Of a DNA stretch of 64,000 nucleotides, positions 50,701-61,229 are shown piece by piece. The position numbers and the translations under genes are program-made. Source of the stretch: Stegostoma tigrinum (taxonomy: Eukaryota); assembly GCF_030684315.1 (NCBI RefSeq), contig NC_081372.1, positions 1,367,920 through 1,431,919 on the forward strand, in the 5' to 3' direction. The notes beneath the pieces were generated by a model that worked only from the letters and a program-made list of their open reading frames with translations, ran no database searches and had not been told where the DNA came from. Within the stretch, counting starts at the first letter, position 1. The number at the start of each line of letters is the position of its first letter.

Positions 50701-53700
50701 AAGGAATCAAAGGGTATGGGGTGAAAGCAGGAACAGGGAACGAAAGGTCAGCCCATGATAAGATAGAATTGCTGGGCTGAATGGCCCACTCCTGCTATTT
50801 TCTATGTTTCATATAGCTGCCAGGCATATGTCAATGAGGAATGACAGGGGCCAAAGGATTTGTCTTGAAGGATATCAGCAGTTACTGAGGGAAACCATAG
50901 CAAGACATTTTCTGGCTGTGACTGAATAGAAAATAAGGGGCAGCTGAGAACAGTCCCACCAGCTGAGGGTTGGTCTGAACACATTCATATGTTGCAGACA
51001 GGATGAGAAAGGGTAATTTATATAGTCGTGTAGGATTCCAACAGAGCCGTTTGATACTGTGGCAAGGACAGAATCAGGCGAGGTCAGGGAAAAATGGATT
51101 TGGATTAATGAGATGACAATACAGTGAAAGACCGGAGATGAAGGGGAAGCTGATGATGGGCTGGTAATTTGCGAGAACAGAAGGTCATTGATGGATGTTT
51201 GAAGAGACAGGTGGTGATGGCATAATATTTAAGAAAGGGATAGTATTTGAGCAAAGAGAACTGTTGACAATATTGATTAACATGGGCAGTAGGAGGGGAG
51301 AGTTTCAGGGCTAAGACAGGGCAGTTTTGGTTAACATCTGTTCCTGTGGGTTATTGGAAGGGAGGGACCAACAAAAAGCTGAACTAATGTTTTCTGTCCT
51401 TATAACTAAGGACCCCAGAATTAGGGGCAACTTTCAAGCAGAGGGTGGTGTGAATATGGAATGAATTGCCAGAGGAAGTGGAGGAGTCTGGTACAATTCA
51501 ACATTTAAAAGGCATCTGCATGGGTACATGAATAGGAAGGGTTCAAAGGGATATGGGCCAAATGCTGGCAAATGGGATGAGGTTAATTTAGATATCTGGT
51601 CGGTATGGACGAGTTGGACTAAAGGGTCTGTTTTAGTGCTGTACATCTCCATGCGTGTATGATAGTGGATAGTGGAGTGGCAGGTTTACAAAGACAACTT
51701 ACAGCGAAGTGGCGCCAGTCATTGTCTTTGCATTCTTGACCAATCCTGAAGTACTGAATAGCTTTAGCAGAACCAAAGTGTTACATGTCCAGCCAGATCT
51801 CTTGCTAAATGGCCACGCCAGTTACCCACCTTGCTTCCAAAACTCTGTTCTCTTAGACTTTAGGGAGTGGAGATGGTAGCAGAGTAGCAAGCAAATTTAA
51901 AAAGAACAGATGTTTAACTGGGGACAAGCATCAGGTGAGGGTGCGATTGAACCTATCAACAGCCACAAGTAAAGCTTCAAATGGTGAGCTAAAGGCTGAG
52001 AACTAGAACTATTTTCCTCAGATTTCACACATGAGGAACTGAATTGGAAACAGAAAACTGCAGAATGATCTGTGGGGAAGGATGATCTTATCTGTGATAC
52101 AGACTAATTGTGGACTCAGCAAAAGCTCTGTCTGATTCTGAATGTTTTCCAGTATTTTTACACCTGCGCAAATCTACCTGCATTCTCCGAGATACCGTTG
52201 AATTTTCTGTTTAATGCCCAATGATGCTTCTCTACTTTTAAAAATTGTTTCTTTTCTTCCTTGCAGTCCATGCTGTTGAGAGTAAGTGACTAATTCTCGA
52301 TTCTGTTCCCTCTATGTGCCTTTAATAGTTCTCCACATCTTAAAACCTGATTTGCTGATATGCCTGTTAAACACTATCTTCTGCTGAAGCCCATTTGCTC
52401 TGTCTAGTTCCTCGCCATGCTTTGCATTAATTATGACCATGTTGCATGGCTCTGTAGAATGTAATGGGATTTCAGTAAACCAAATGGACAAGTGCGTGAA
52501 TTCTCTGAGTCACTGACTTGAAAATCACCATTATGAACGTCAACAATTCTGTCCTGCAAACTAACAAGATTACTTATGTAATACTGTAGTTCTGGGACAC
52601 ATCTGCTCATGTATAACACTGGGGTACAGTACTGGTGGGAACAGATATGTTGTGGTCTAACACTGGGGTACAGTACAAGTGGAGATGAGTGTGCCATGAT
52701 ATAATCCTGTGGTGCTATACTAGTGAGGATAAGTCTATCACTAAGGCATAGGTACAAGACTGGTGGAGACCAGTCTGCCACTATCTAAGGAAAGATGTGC
52801 TGGCCTTGGAAGGGGTCCAGAAGTGGTTTACAACCATGATCCTGAGGATGAAGGGCTTGTCATGTGAGGAGCGTTTAAGGACTCTAGGTCTGTACTAGAT
52901 GGGGTTTAGACAGATGACTTGGTATCTGATTTAAATGTACAGAATACAGAGAAGCCTGGAAAAAGTGGACATGGAGAAGACTGGTTCCACTAGTAGGAGA
53001 GACTTTGGCCAAAGGGCACAACCCAAAAGTGAAGGGATGACCCTTTAGAACTGAGATGAAGAATTTCTTCAGGAAGTGGGTGTTGAATCTGTGGCTGTCA
53101 TTGCAACAGAGGACTGTTCTGGCCAAGTCACTAAGTGTGTTTAAGACAGAGATAGATAGTTTCGTGATTTGAAAGGGGATCAAGGATTATGGGGAAAAGG
53201 CAGGAAAATGGGGTTGAGAAATGTATCAGCCATCAAAGGGTGGAGCAGACTTGCTGGGCTTAATGGCCTAATTCTGCTCTTATATCTCTGGTCTTGTGGC
53301 CTTTTAACACAATTACAGTACTGGTGGTTACAGGTCTGTTGTGAATCATACTGGGATACAGTACTGGTAGGTACAAGTTACATTGGAAATGGTATTTCTG
53401 TAAGATGTTAAATTAACGTCAAATCTATATTTTTCATTCATTCCAATAATGAATGTCGCTGATTGGGCCAGTTTTTAATGCCTGTCCCCAGCTGTTCTTG
53501 AGAAGGTAGTGGTCAGCTAACTTCTTGAACTGTTGTACTCCATGTGGTACCAGTACGCCCACAGTGCTGTTCAGGAATTGCAGGATTTTGACCCAGCAAC
53601 AGTGAAAGAAAGGTAATATATTTCCAACTCAGGATGGTGAGTGGTTTGGAGGGGAATTTGCAGGGGACGGTGTTCCAATGTATCTGCTCTCCTTGACCTC

Positions 53701-56700
53701 TTAGATGGAAGTTGGTTGTGGGTTTGGCAAGTGCCAAGTCATGAGTCTTGCCAAGTTTTTGCAGGACATCTTATGGATAGTACAGTGATAATGGGAACTG
53801 CAGATGCTGGGGAATCCAAGATAACAAAGTGTGAAGCTGGGTGAACACAGCAGGTCAAGCAGCATCTCAGGAGCTCCTGAGATGCTGCTTGGCCTGCTGT
53901 GTTCATCCAGCTTCACACTTTGTTATTATGGATAGTACACACTGCTGCCACGAAGTGACAACAGTAGAGGGAGTGGATGCTTATGAATATGGTGTCAGTT
54001 AAGTGGGCTGCTTTGTCCTGGATGGTGTTGAGCTTCTTGAGCGTTGTTATAGCTGCCCCCATCCAGGCAAGTGGGGAGTATTCATCACACTCCTGACTTG
54101 TGCCTTGCAGATGGTGGACAGGCTTTGGGGATTCGGGAGATAAATTAGCCACTGCAGGATTCCTAGCGTCTGACCTGTTCTTTTGTATTACTACTCTAAG
54201 CCGCTGAGCATTAGTGCCCTATGGACCTCTGTATCTGAAAGAGAACTGGGGGTGCTCGAAATCAGAAATAAACACAAAAATTGCTGGGAAAACTCAGCAG
54301 GTCTGGCAGCGTCAGCGAACCACAGAGTTAATGTTTCAGGTCCAGTAACTTTCTTCTAAAGAAAAAGAGTTCTTTCCACAGACCTGCTATTTGTAAACAC
54401 ACTTTCTCTGAATATTTACACCTGGGCATGGAGATGGACAGCCAGAATCTGATTAACTGTGCAGAAGATTTAATTACAATTCTTGTGTTTTATAGATTAT
54501 ATCTTTTATTCCTAGTCATTCACATTTTTTCCTTGGGATGTGGGTATCACTGGCGAGGCTAGCATTTATTACCCATTCCTAATTGTTTTGAGGTGGTGAT
54601 GGTGAGCTGCCTTCTTGAACCACTGCAGTTGATGTGTAGGTACACCCACGATACAGTAAGGGTTTGATCTCCAGGATTTTGACTCAGCAGCTTTTGGTCT
54701 CCTGTAACTGCAACATCATCCTTTGTGCTGAATTTGTCATCAGCCAGTGGAAAGTTTTCCATCATTGACTTCAGTTTAATACATTGGGCAATATTACTCA
54801 CTGTTGCCTCTGGAATTCAATTATTTTCCTCTACGTTTGGATTGAAGTATGGCTGTAATGAGGTCTGGAGCTAACTGGTTGTGGCAAAACCCATTGAACA
54901 TCTTGAATACACCTGCTTGAATCCTCTTTTCATCACTGCCAATCACAATTAACTGTGGACTGGTGGGGAAGTGATTGGCAAATAGGAATTGTCCTGCTTT
55001 TTGCACACATGTCATTTGTGGGCAGTTTTCTACGTTTTGGTGGTTGCTGATGTTATGGCTGTTCTGGAATATGTTGACTCGAAGTACAGCTAGTTAATGG
55101 GCACCTATCTTTACTATAGCTAGGATTAAGTTCAGGCCCATAGCCATTTCCTGCTATCATGTGGATTGAAGAGAATTTGGTGGAGACTGACATCTGAGAT
55201 GGTGTGCAGCTCAGGAAAGGCCAAGATGTATCTTCATCTCAACTGGTGACGATTGTAAATACCATAACCATGTCTTTTTGCACTGGCTTGCTGACATTCC
55301 TGTCAAGGAGAGGATGTTCCATTGAACCATGGTTAATCCTTCTGCTTAATGGTGATGTGAGGAATATGTGTGGTTCAATATTCTATTGCGCTGACGACCT
55401 CTGGTGCCTTGTGGATGTGCACTTTGTTAGATCTGTTCTGAATCTATCCTATTTAGCACATTGTCATAATGAGGATGCCCTCCATCATATCCCAATGTGA
55501 TTTTATTTGTTTATTTTCTGATTCTGTTGCTTGATTAGTCCATGGGTCAGTTCTCTGAAATTTGACACAAGGCAGGGTGCCCCTTTGTTATGTCTGATGC
55601 TCAGGTTGATGCTGGGTATTCATCTTGTATCATTCTTTTAGGTTGTAATAGTGGTTTGGTACAACTGAGTGAGAATTAAAGGTTGCATTTCTGTGGGTCT
55701 GGTGTCATACATGGACCCTACCTGGTACAAACATGAGATTTCTGTCTATGAAGGGATTTGCTGAAGGAGAACTGTAGATATATGGTCACCGTTACTTACA
55801 CTACATTTCTATTCCAGAATTATTCAATTAACTGAATTTAAATTCCCCAGCTCCCATGGCAGAATTTGAACTTGTGCCTGGATTGTTACCCCTGGCTATT
55901 GGTTTAGTAGTTTACTAAAAGCACCTCTATGCAACTATTTCCACTGTAAATTTTTTTTTAAGAAGTCATGTTATTAACTCCTGTTTCTAATTGTTTTCTC
56001 CCCTTTTTCTGTCAGTTCATGACCTGCAAACTTTTGGATTGGACAATGTAGGTATTACTGCAATCTCGTGGAATGCTTTTTATTAAACTATTAAATACTG
56101 ATTCATGTTTCACCTTGGACTGTTAAATCTCAACTCAGATTAGACTAGTACAATATTTCTTTTGCTATGTGATGAAATTTAAAAACATTTAAAAAGGTTT
56201 AAACTGTCTGTACAAGTAGCACAGATGGAAGCAGAAAGTTGCAAAAGGACACATGACTTTTTTAAACATGGCAAAGTGAAAGATCATTCATTTTGGATCA
56301 AAAATGAAGTCAAGGTGCAGATGATCTGGGATTACGATCAGGTTAATTTTTAGAATGGTGAAGGAGACCCTCACACATCAAGCTGTCAGCTTTTATCTAA
56401 TGTCTCGAACTCAATACCACCTGTGCAGGGTGACATGGTGGCTCAGTGGTTAGCACTGCTGCCTCATTCTGCCAGGGATTCGAGTTTGATTCCAGCTTTG
56501 GGTGACTGTCTGTGTGGAGTTTGCACATACTTGCCCCATGTCTGTGTGGGTTTCCTCCAGTAGCTGTGGTTTCTTCCCACCGTTCAAAGATGTGCAGGTT
56601 AGGCACATTGGCTATGTTAAATTGCCCAAAGTGTTGAGGGATGTGCAAGCTAGGTAGATTAGCCATGGGAAATGGGGGATCAGAGGGACAAGGTAGAGGG

Positions 56701-57285
56701 TGGAATGTTCTTCAGAGGGTTGATGTGAACTTTGGGCCAAACGGCCTGCTTCCACACTGTACAGAGATTCTATGATTGGCTTTTGAGAATTCTTTTCAAA
56801 CAGAGTATACAGTTGATGATATGGAATGAAGAATCACTGCTTGTGACATGCTTCACACCTGTATGTCATCAATTCAATACTGGAATTTACTCACTATTCT
56901 TGAACAACTTGCATTAAATACCACATTCCAGGATGTTTCACAGGAGGTGACTTTTGAACAGAATTGATACCAAGCCACCTGTCATTAGGCAGGAATCCAA
57001 AAAATCTTAAGTGCTAAGTTTATGGGGGAATTCCAGAGCTTAAAGCCTAACCACCTAAAGTCGAGTCTGCAGTTGATACAGTGATTAAATGGAGCGCTAT
57101 ACAGGTTTATGGGATATTCACTGGGACACATCTAGAAAAGCATCCTGTTGTGAAATATATTTTTTGAGCAACTTCTCTTCCCCTTCAGATAAACATGACT
57201 CATTATATCAGACACCTCTCCTTTGGGAGCGACTATCCAGGAATCGTGAATCCTCTGGATGGAAGTAATATCACAGCACAACAAG
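38614..57285 (+). CDS. ERGIC3: ER-Golgi intermediate compartment protein 3, partial (exons 1-9 plus microexon; 3' exons outside the window)
   Basis: Exons 38614-38701, 39877-39947, 44494-44581, 45571-45690, 47812-47902, 49322-49487, 49667-49724, [52267-52281], 56016-56047 and 57189-57285 join in phase: [28 protein letters not shown]...CESCYGAE...CCNTC...GNFHFAPG...NPLDG. Confidence 0.97.
38705..39740 (+). repeat. ~1-kb G-run tandem repeat (GGGGGGACGGGGGGGGTGGTGTA-like units) in ERGIC3 intron 1
   Basis: Directly visible; dozens of G5-G10 tracts. Confidence 0.95.
39877..39947 (+). CDS. ERGIC3: ERGIC3 exon 2 (TM1)
   Basis: [23 protein letters not shown]. Confidence 0.96.
40284..41752 (+). mobile_element. 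Penelope-like element of a fourth family with an inverted 5' segment (40284-40587 on the minus strand)
   Basis: The minus part reads SLYRK...[21 protein letters not shown]...RVPFVVQ (RT C-terminal region); the plus part reads GAEKL...CKTCQ...[11 protein letters not shown] (GIY-YIG); it ends in a CTGTTGGACTATAACCTGGTGT terminus. Confidence 0.85.
41755..44340 (+). mobile_element. CR1 LINE with two nested CR1 insertions (~42560-43520 and ~43770-43915)
   Basis: ORFs 41981, 42370, 42789, 43534 and 44032 carry CR1 RT motifs ([23 protein letters not shown]); the host sequence resumes after each insertion. Confidence 0.9.
44494..44581 (+). CDS. ERGIC3: ERGIC3 exon 3
   Basis: [29 protein letters not shown]; donor GTAAGT. 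Confidence 0.96.
44750..45088 (-). mobile_element. HE1/V-SINE-like tRNA-derived SINE
   Basis: The minus strand has a GGCACGGTGGC...GGTTAGCACTGCTGCCTCACAGC head, the GTGTGGAGTTTGCACATTCTCCCCGTGTCTGCGTGGGTTTCC V-SINE core and a CR1-like tail. Confidence 0.85.
45571..45690 (+). CDS. ERGIC3: ERGIC3 exon 4
   Basis: [26 protein letters not shown]...EKH. Confidence 0.97.
47812..47902 (+). CDS. ERGIC3: ERGIC3 exon 5
   Basis: [29 protein letters not shown]. Confidence 0.96.
49322..49487 (+). CDS. ERGIC3: ERGIC3 exon 6
   Basis: [19 protein letters not shown]...[13 protein letters not shown]. Confidence 0.96.
49667..49724 (+). CDS. ERGIC3: ERGIC3 exon 7
   Basis: [19 protein letters not shown]. Confidence 0.97.
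52267..52281 (+). CDS. ERGIC3: ERGIC3 15-nt alternative microexon
   Basis: Polypyrimidine tract + TGCAG|TCCATGCTGTTGAGA|GTAAGT; frame-preserving; gives ...HVH-VHAVEI-HDLQ..., as in the longer mammalian isoform. Confidence 0.9.
52770..53300 (+). mobile_element. CR1 LINE 3' fragment
   Basis: CTAAGGAAAGATGTGCTGGCCTTGGA...GGGCTTAATGGCCTAATTCTGCTC CR1 pattern. Confidence 0.75.
53785..53925. mobile_element. Short palindromic Penelope-derived element with 14-bp TSD, nested in a LINE
   Basis: Inverted arms centred near 53874; TTATGGATAGTACA at 53771-53784 and 53926-53939. Confidence 0.85.
56016..56047 (+). CDS. ERGIC3: ERGIC3 exon 8
   Basis: [10 protein letters not shown]; CAG acceptor and GTAGGT donor. 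Confidence 0.95.
56428..56776 (+). mobile_element. HE1/V-SINE-like SINE
   Basis: GGTGGCTCAGTGGTTAGCACTGCTGCCTCA A-box head, V-SINE core and CR1-like tail. Confidence 0.85.
57189..57285 (+). CDS. ERGIC3: ERGIC3 exon 9
   Basis: [32 protein letters not shown]; donor G|GTAAGT. Confidence 0.97.
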
Positions 57286-57544
57286 GTAAGTGGGACAGTC
57301 TTACAGGAAAACACAAGGTTGCACTGAAAGAATACCATTTGCAAATTTAAGACTCTTGTTTCAAGTCACAAAATCCACACTATAATGTTCCTTATTATTA
57401 TATCATTGAAAATTCAGTTTACTGAAGGTTAAATAGATAGCAGTATGACTTTGGGTATTGCTACCCCACTTGACCTTAAAGTTGCTGATTCATTCACCAG
57501 GAATAAGTCATCACTTCAGAGAATGAGAGGGGAACATACCCACT

Positions 57545-58660
57545 GAAGTCACATGGAGTCCAGGGTGTGCTAGCTAGATGGATAAAAAAACTGGCTGGGC
57601 AACAGGAGACAGAGGGTAGTAATGGAAGGGGGTTTCTCAAATTGGAGACCCGTGACCAGTGGTGTTCCACAGGGATCTGTGCTGGGACCACTGTTGTTTG
57701 TTGATAGACGTCATGATTTGGAGGAAGGTACAGACGGTCTGATTAGCAAGTTTGCAGATGACATGAAGATTGGTGCTGTAGCAGATAGTGAAGGGGACTA
57801 TCAGATTACAGCAGAATATAGATAGATTGGAGAGTTGGGCAGATAAATGGCAGATGGAGTTCAATACGGGCAAATGTGAGGTGATGCATTTAGGAAGATC
57901 TAATTCAAGACCGAACTATACGGTAAATGGAAAAGTCCTGGGGAAAATTGATGAACAGAGAGATCTGTGTGTTCAGGTCCATTGTTCCCTGAAGGTGGCA
58001 ACGCAAGTCGATAGAGTGGTCAAGAAGGCATATGGCATGCTTTCCTTCATCGGACAGGGTGTTGAGTACAAGAGTTGGCAGGTCATATTACAGTTGTATA
58101 GGACTTTGGTTTGGCCACATTTAGAGTACTGTGTACAGTTCTGGTCGCCACATTACCAAAAGGATGTGGATGCTTTGGACAGGGTGCAGAGGTGGTTCAC
58201 CAGGATGTTGCCTGGTATGGAGGGTGCTAGCTATGAAGAAAGGTTGAGTAGATTAGGATTATTTTCATTAGAAAGATGGAGATTGAGGGGGGGACCTGAT
58301 TGAGATCTACAAAACCATGAGGGGTATAGACAGGGTGGATAGCAAAAAGCTTTTTCCCAGATTGGGGGACTCAATTACTTGGGGTCATGAGTTCAAAGTG
58401 AGAGGAGGAAAGTTTAAAGGAGCTATGCGTGGTAAGTTCTTTTCGCAGAGAGTGGTGGGTGCCTGGAATGCGTTACTGGCGGAGGTGGTAGACGCAGACA
58501 CGGTAGTGTCTTTTAAGATGTATCTGGACAGGTACATGGATGGACAGGGATACAGACCCTTAGAAAATAGATTTAAAGGTTTAGAAAGAGGATCTCAATT
58601 GGCACAGGCTTGGAGGGCTGAAGGGCCTGTTCCTGTGCTGTAATTTTCTTTGTTCTTTGA
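57545..58660 (+). mobile_element. Young CR1 LINE 3' fragment, same subfamily as 80-935
   Basis: ORFs 57622, 57788 and 58317 (SGVPQGSVLGP, KFADD, WQMEFN); translation nearly identical to the minus-strand copy at the window start. Confidence 0.92.
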
Positions 58661-59929
58661 TTATCATGGCTTACACTGAATAAACTCACACCCACTCTTA
58701 GAACTAGTGAAGAATGGTCAGAAACACAAAATTAGCCAATTCTTTCTCATCCCACTCCTACTCACCTTGATTAATTACCCCAACACATAAGCCGGGTTAG
58801 AATGCATTTTTTGTTGGATGGCGCGATGGTGAGTTCTTTACATCTGAATAACAGAGCTGTTTATTGCTTCTTCTGAGGCTAAAGACATTACAACCACAAC
58901 AGAACTTAGGTGCAACATAGAATCAGCATTTAATAGGTTATTAAAAAGTAACTGGAGTGGGTACAAGCCCAACTGCCTGAGAATCAAATAGCAAAGGAAC
59001 ACTTTCAGTCACTGTCCTTTGCTCATTTCCCCATATTCATTTTTGAATGTTACTGTTGAATCTGTTTTCACTGTGCTGTCACAACTCAGTTTGGTCATCA
59101 GCCTTACTACTAATTCAAGATTTTTCCTTATTTACTTGACCAAACTCCTTTATTGTGGAATACAACCATCCTTATTCCAAAGAGAACAATCCCAGACTCT
59201 CCACATACGTACAGCCATTCCCATATAGCTCCACACATGCGCACAATAAACTTTTGGATGTTCTTCCTAGATTGTGTTGCCCAAAATTGAACACCTTGAA
59301 CCAGATGTTTTGTTTTATTAAGCCAAAGATTTTATGTGCTTTTTAACAGCATTCTCAACTTTTCCTCCTGGTCCATAGATTTCTGTCCATGCACCCCCTT
59401 TAAATTTTTTTTTCCACGTATTCATTCACGAGATGAGGACATTGCTGACCAGGCAGCATTTGTTGCCATTTAGTTAAGACTGCCTGTAATTTTCCCATTA
59501 AAATGCTCTGCTTCACATTTTAGAAGGATGGCAGCAGACTGCTGAAAATGGATCGACACAAATACAAAACTAAAATGATGTGTGGATACTGGAGAAATTC
59601 AAAAGAAGTCTGGCAGCATCTGGGGAGAAAGAAAGACAGCTTCAGCGCAAGAGTCATATCAGACAGTGTTTTTCTGTCCGCAGATCCTGCCAGACTGTTC
59701 TCCAGCACTTTGTTTTACTTCAGATTTCCAGCATCTACACTTTGTTTTTCCATGTCCTCCTAAATATCACACAGCAAAGGCTTCCCCCACTGGATACATT
59801 TCACTTATACTTCGCTTATGTCCTCTGCTCCTGTTTGTGCTACTAGTAAAGACCTTTTAGAAGTTCACCTACTGGTGGAGAAACATCTCAGTCCATTTTC
59901 AAAACTTGAAGCAACATTAAATCATACAC

Positions 59930-59935
59930 TTTAAT
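59930..59935 (-). promoter_or_regulatory. Candidate ROMO1 polyadenylation signal ATTAAA
   Basis: TTTAAT on + (ATTAAA on -) ~100 nt after the ROMO1 stop. Confidence 0.55.
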
Positions 59936-60034
59936 TTCCATTATTGTACAGCTTGTAATCAGGGGGGCAGAGCCAGTTGGTACATTATCTGCAATATTTG
60001 AAATTTCAACAGAAAGGAAGAAAAAAGAATTGTG

Positions 60035-60143
60035 TTAGCATCTGATTCCCATTCCAATTGCCATGAAGGTTCCAAACGTGCCTCCGCTCTGCATCATGGT
60101 CTTCCCCACACCACCCAGCAGCTCTCGGCCTCTCAGCCCCAAC
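60035..60143 (-). CDS. ROMO1: ROMO1 last coding exon
   Basis: Acceptor TTTGGTTTCCAG; [38 protein letters not shown]. Confidence 0.97.
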
Positions 60144-61229
60144 CTGGAAACCAAATAATGCAATAGTTACTTTGTTGTGGCTGCGAAATGGATAGTAAAA
60201 TCAAAATTCTTGAATACACTTTTCCTAATTCACTGAGGCTAAGGTATTCAAACAGTATAGGTCAAACTCAATTTCAGGGAACAGACGAAACATGTCAGCA
60301 TTTCCACAGTACAGCAATGAAACCAAATTTGTCAGTAGTTACAGCCTGGCTGAGTTACTGTTTCTTTCTGATTAGTGAGATTGTAGACTTGAGCTTAGCT
60401 GTTCCCTCCAATGCTGCACTGGTGGTCTTTTATTTCAATATAACATTAACATGAGGACAACTCCATACATTGCATTGAGAAGAACTTGGTGTTAGCAATA
60501 TCTTCACATGAAATAATAAATAGGAACTGGAGACCCCTTGAGTCTACTTTGCCACTTGCTAAGTTCATGGCTAATATACTTCAAGTCAGCCTTTCACAGG
60601 TACAGCAGTGGATCATACTCATTGTGAGTGTAGTCAGATGCTTAGTAATATCAAAAATCTGTAACCACTTTTACAAACATGATTACTGATCCATAGTCGA
60701 ATCTTTGTTGAATACTTTTGAACTTACGTGATGGAACATTAATCGCGAATGTCTTAACAACTAGTGGTTCAGAAAGTTTTGCTGGGTTAATATTTTATTC
60801 CAACTATGATATCTCTCAGCAGCAAATAATCAGGGTGGTGCCTTTACCGTTCTCAAATTCCTGTGTCCTCCAGAAATCTGAACATCCCACTATTCAGTAG
60901 TATTGTCTAGATTCTCATTGACATATCCGAGCTGGTTATAGTGCCTGTGCAACTGACAGAGCTAACTGATATCAATGGGGGGGGGGGGGGGGGGGGGGGG
61001 CATCTGCATTGGCTCATCTTTGATATTTGGGAATATACATGCAATTACGTTGGTGTTTCCTTTTAACAAAGGTGGAACAGTGAAGTGTTCATACTGACCT
61101 GAGGCATGAGAAACTGCCAAAAAGTGCACCAGCTGCCATGCCAACTGCACAGCCCATCATGAAGCCCATTTTAACCCTGTCAAAGCAGCTGGGCTGTGAC
61201 TGCCCATACGGTCCCACTGTGACTGGCAT
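60035..61229 (-). CDS. ROMO1: Reactive oxygen species modulator 1 (Mgr2/ROMO1 family), 79 aa, two coding exons
   Basis: Exons 61229-61099 and 60143-60035 on the minus strand translate to [79 protein letters not shown]-stop; GT-AG intron in phase 2. Confidence 0.98.
61099..61229 (-). CDS. ROMO1: ROMO1 first coding exon
   Basis: Acceptor TCTTTCTCTGTCTAG directly before the ATG; donor AG|GTCAGT. Confidence 0.97.

Noticed and set aside
56428-56500. tRNA gene (also ~45020-45088)
   Set aside because: tRNA-like head of a SINE that continues into a V-SINE core and LINE tail; no full cloverleaf.
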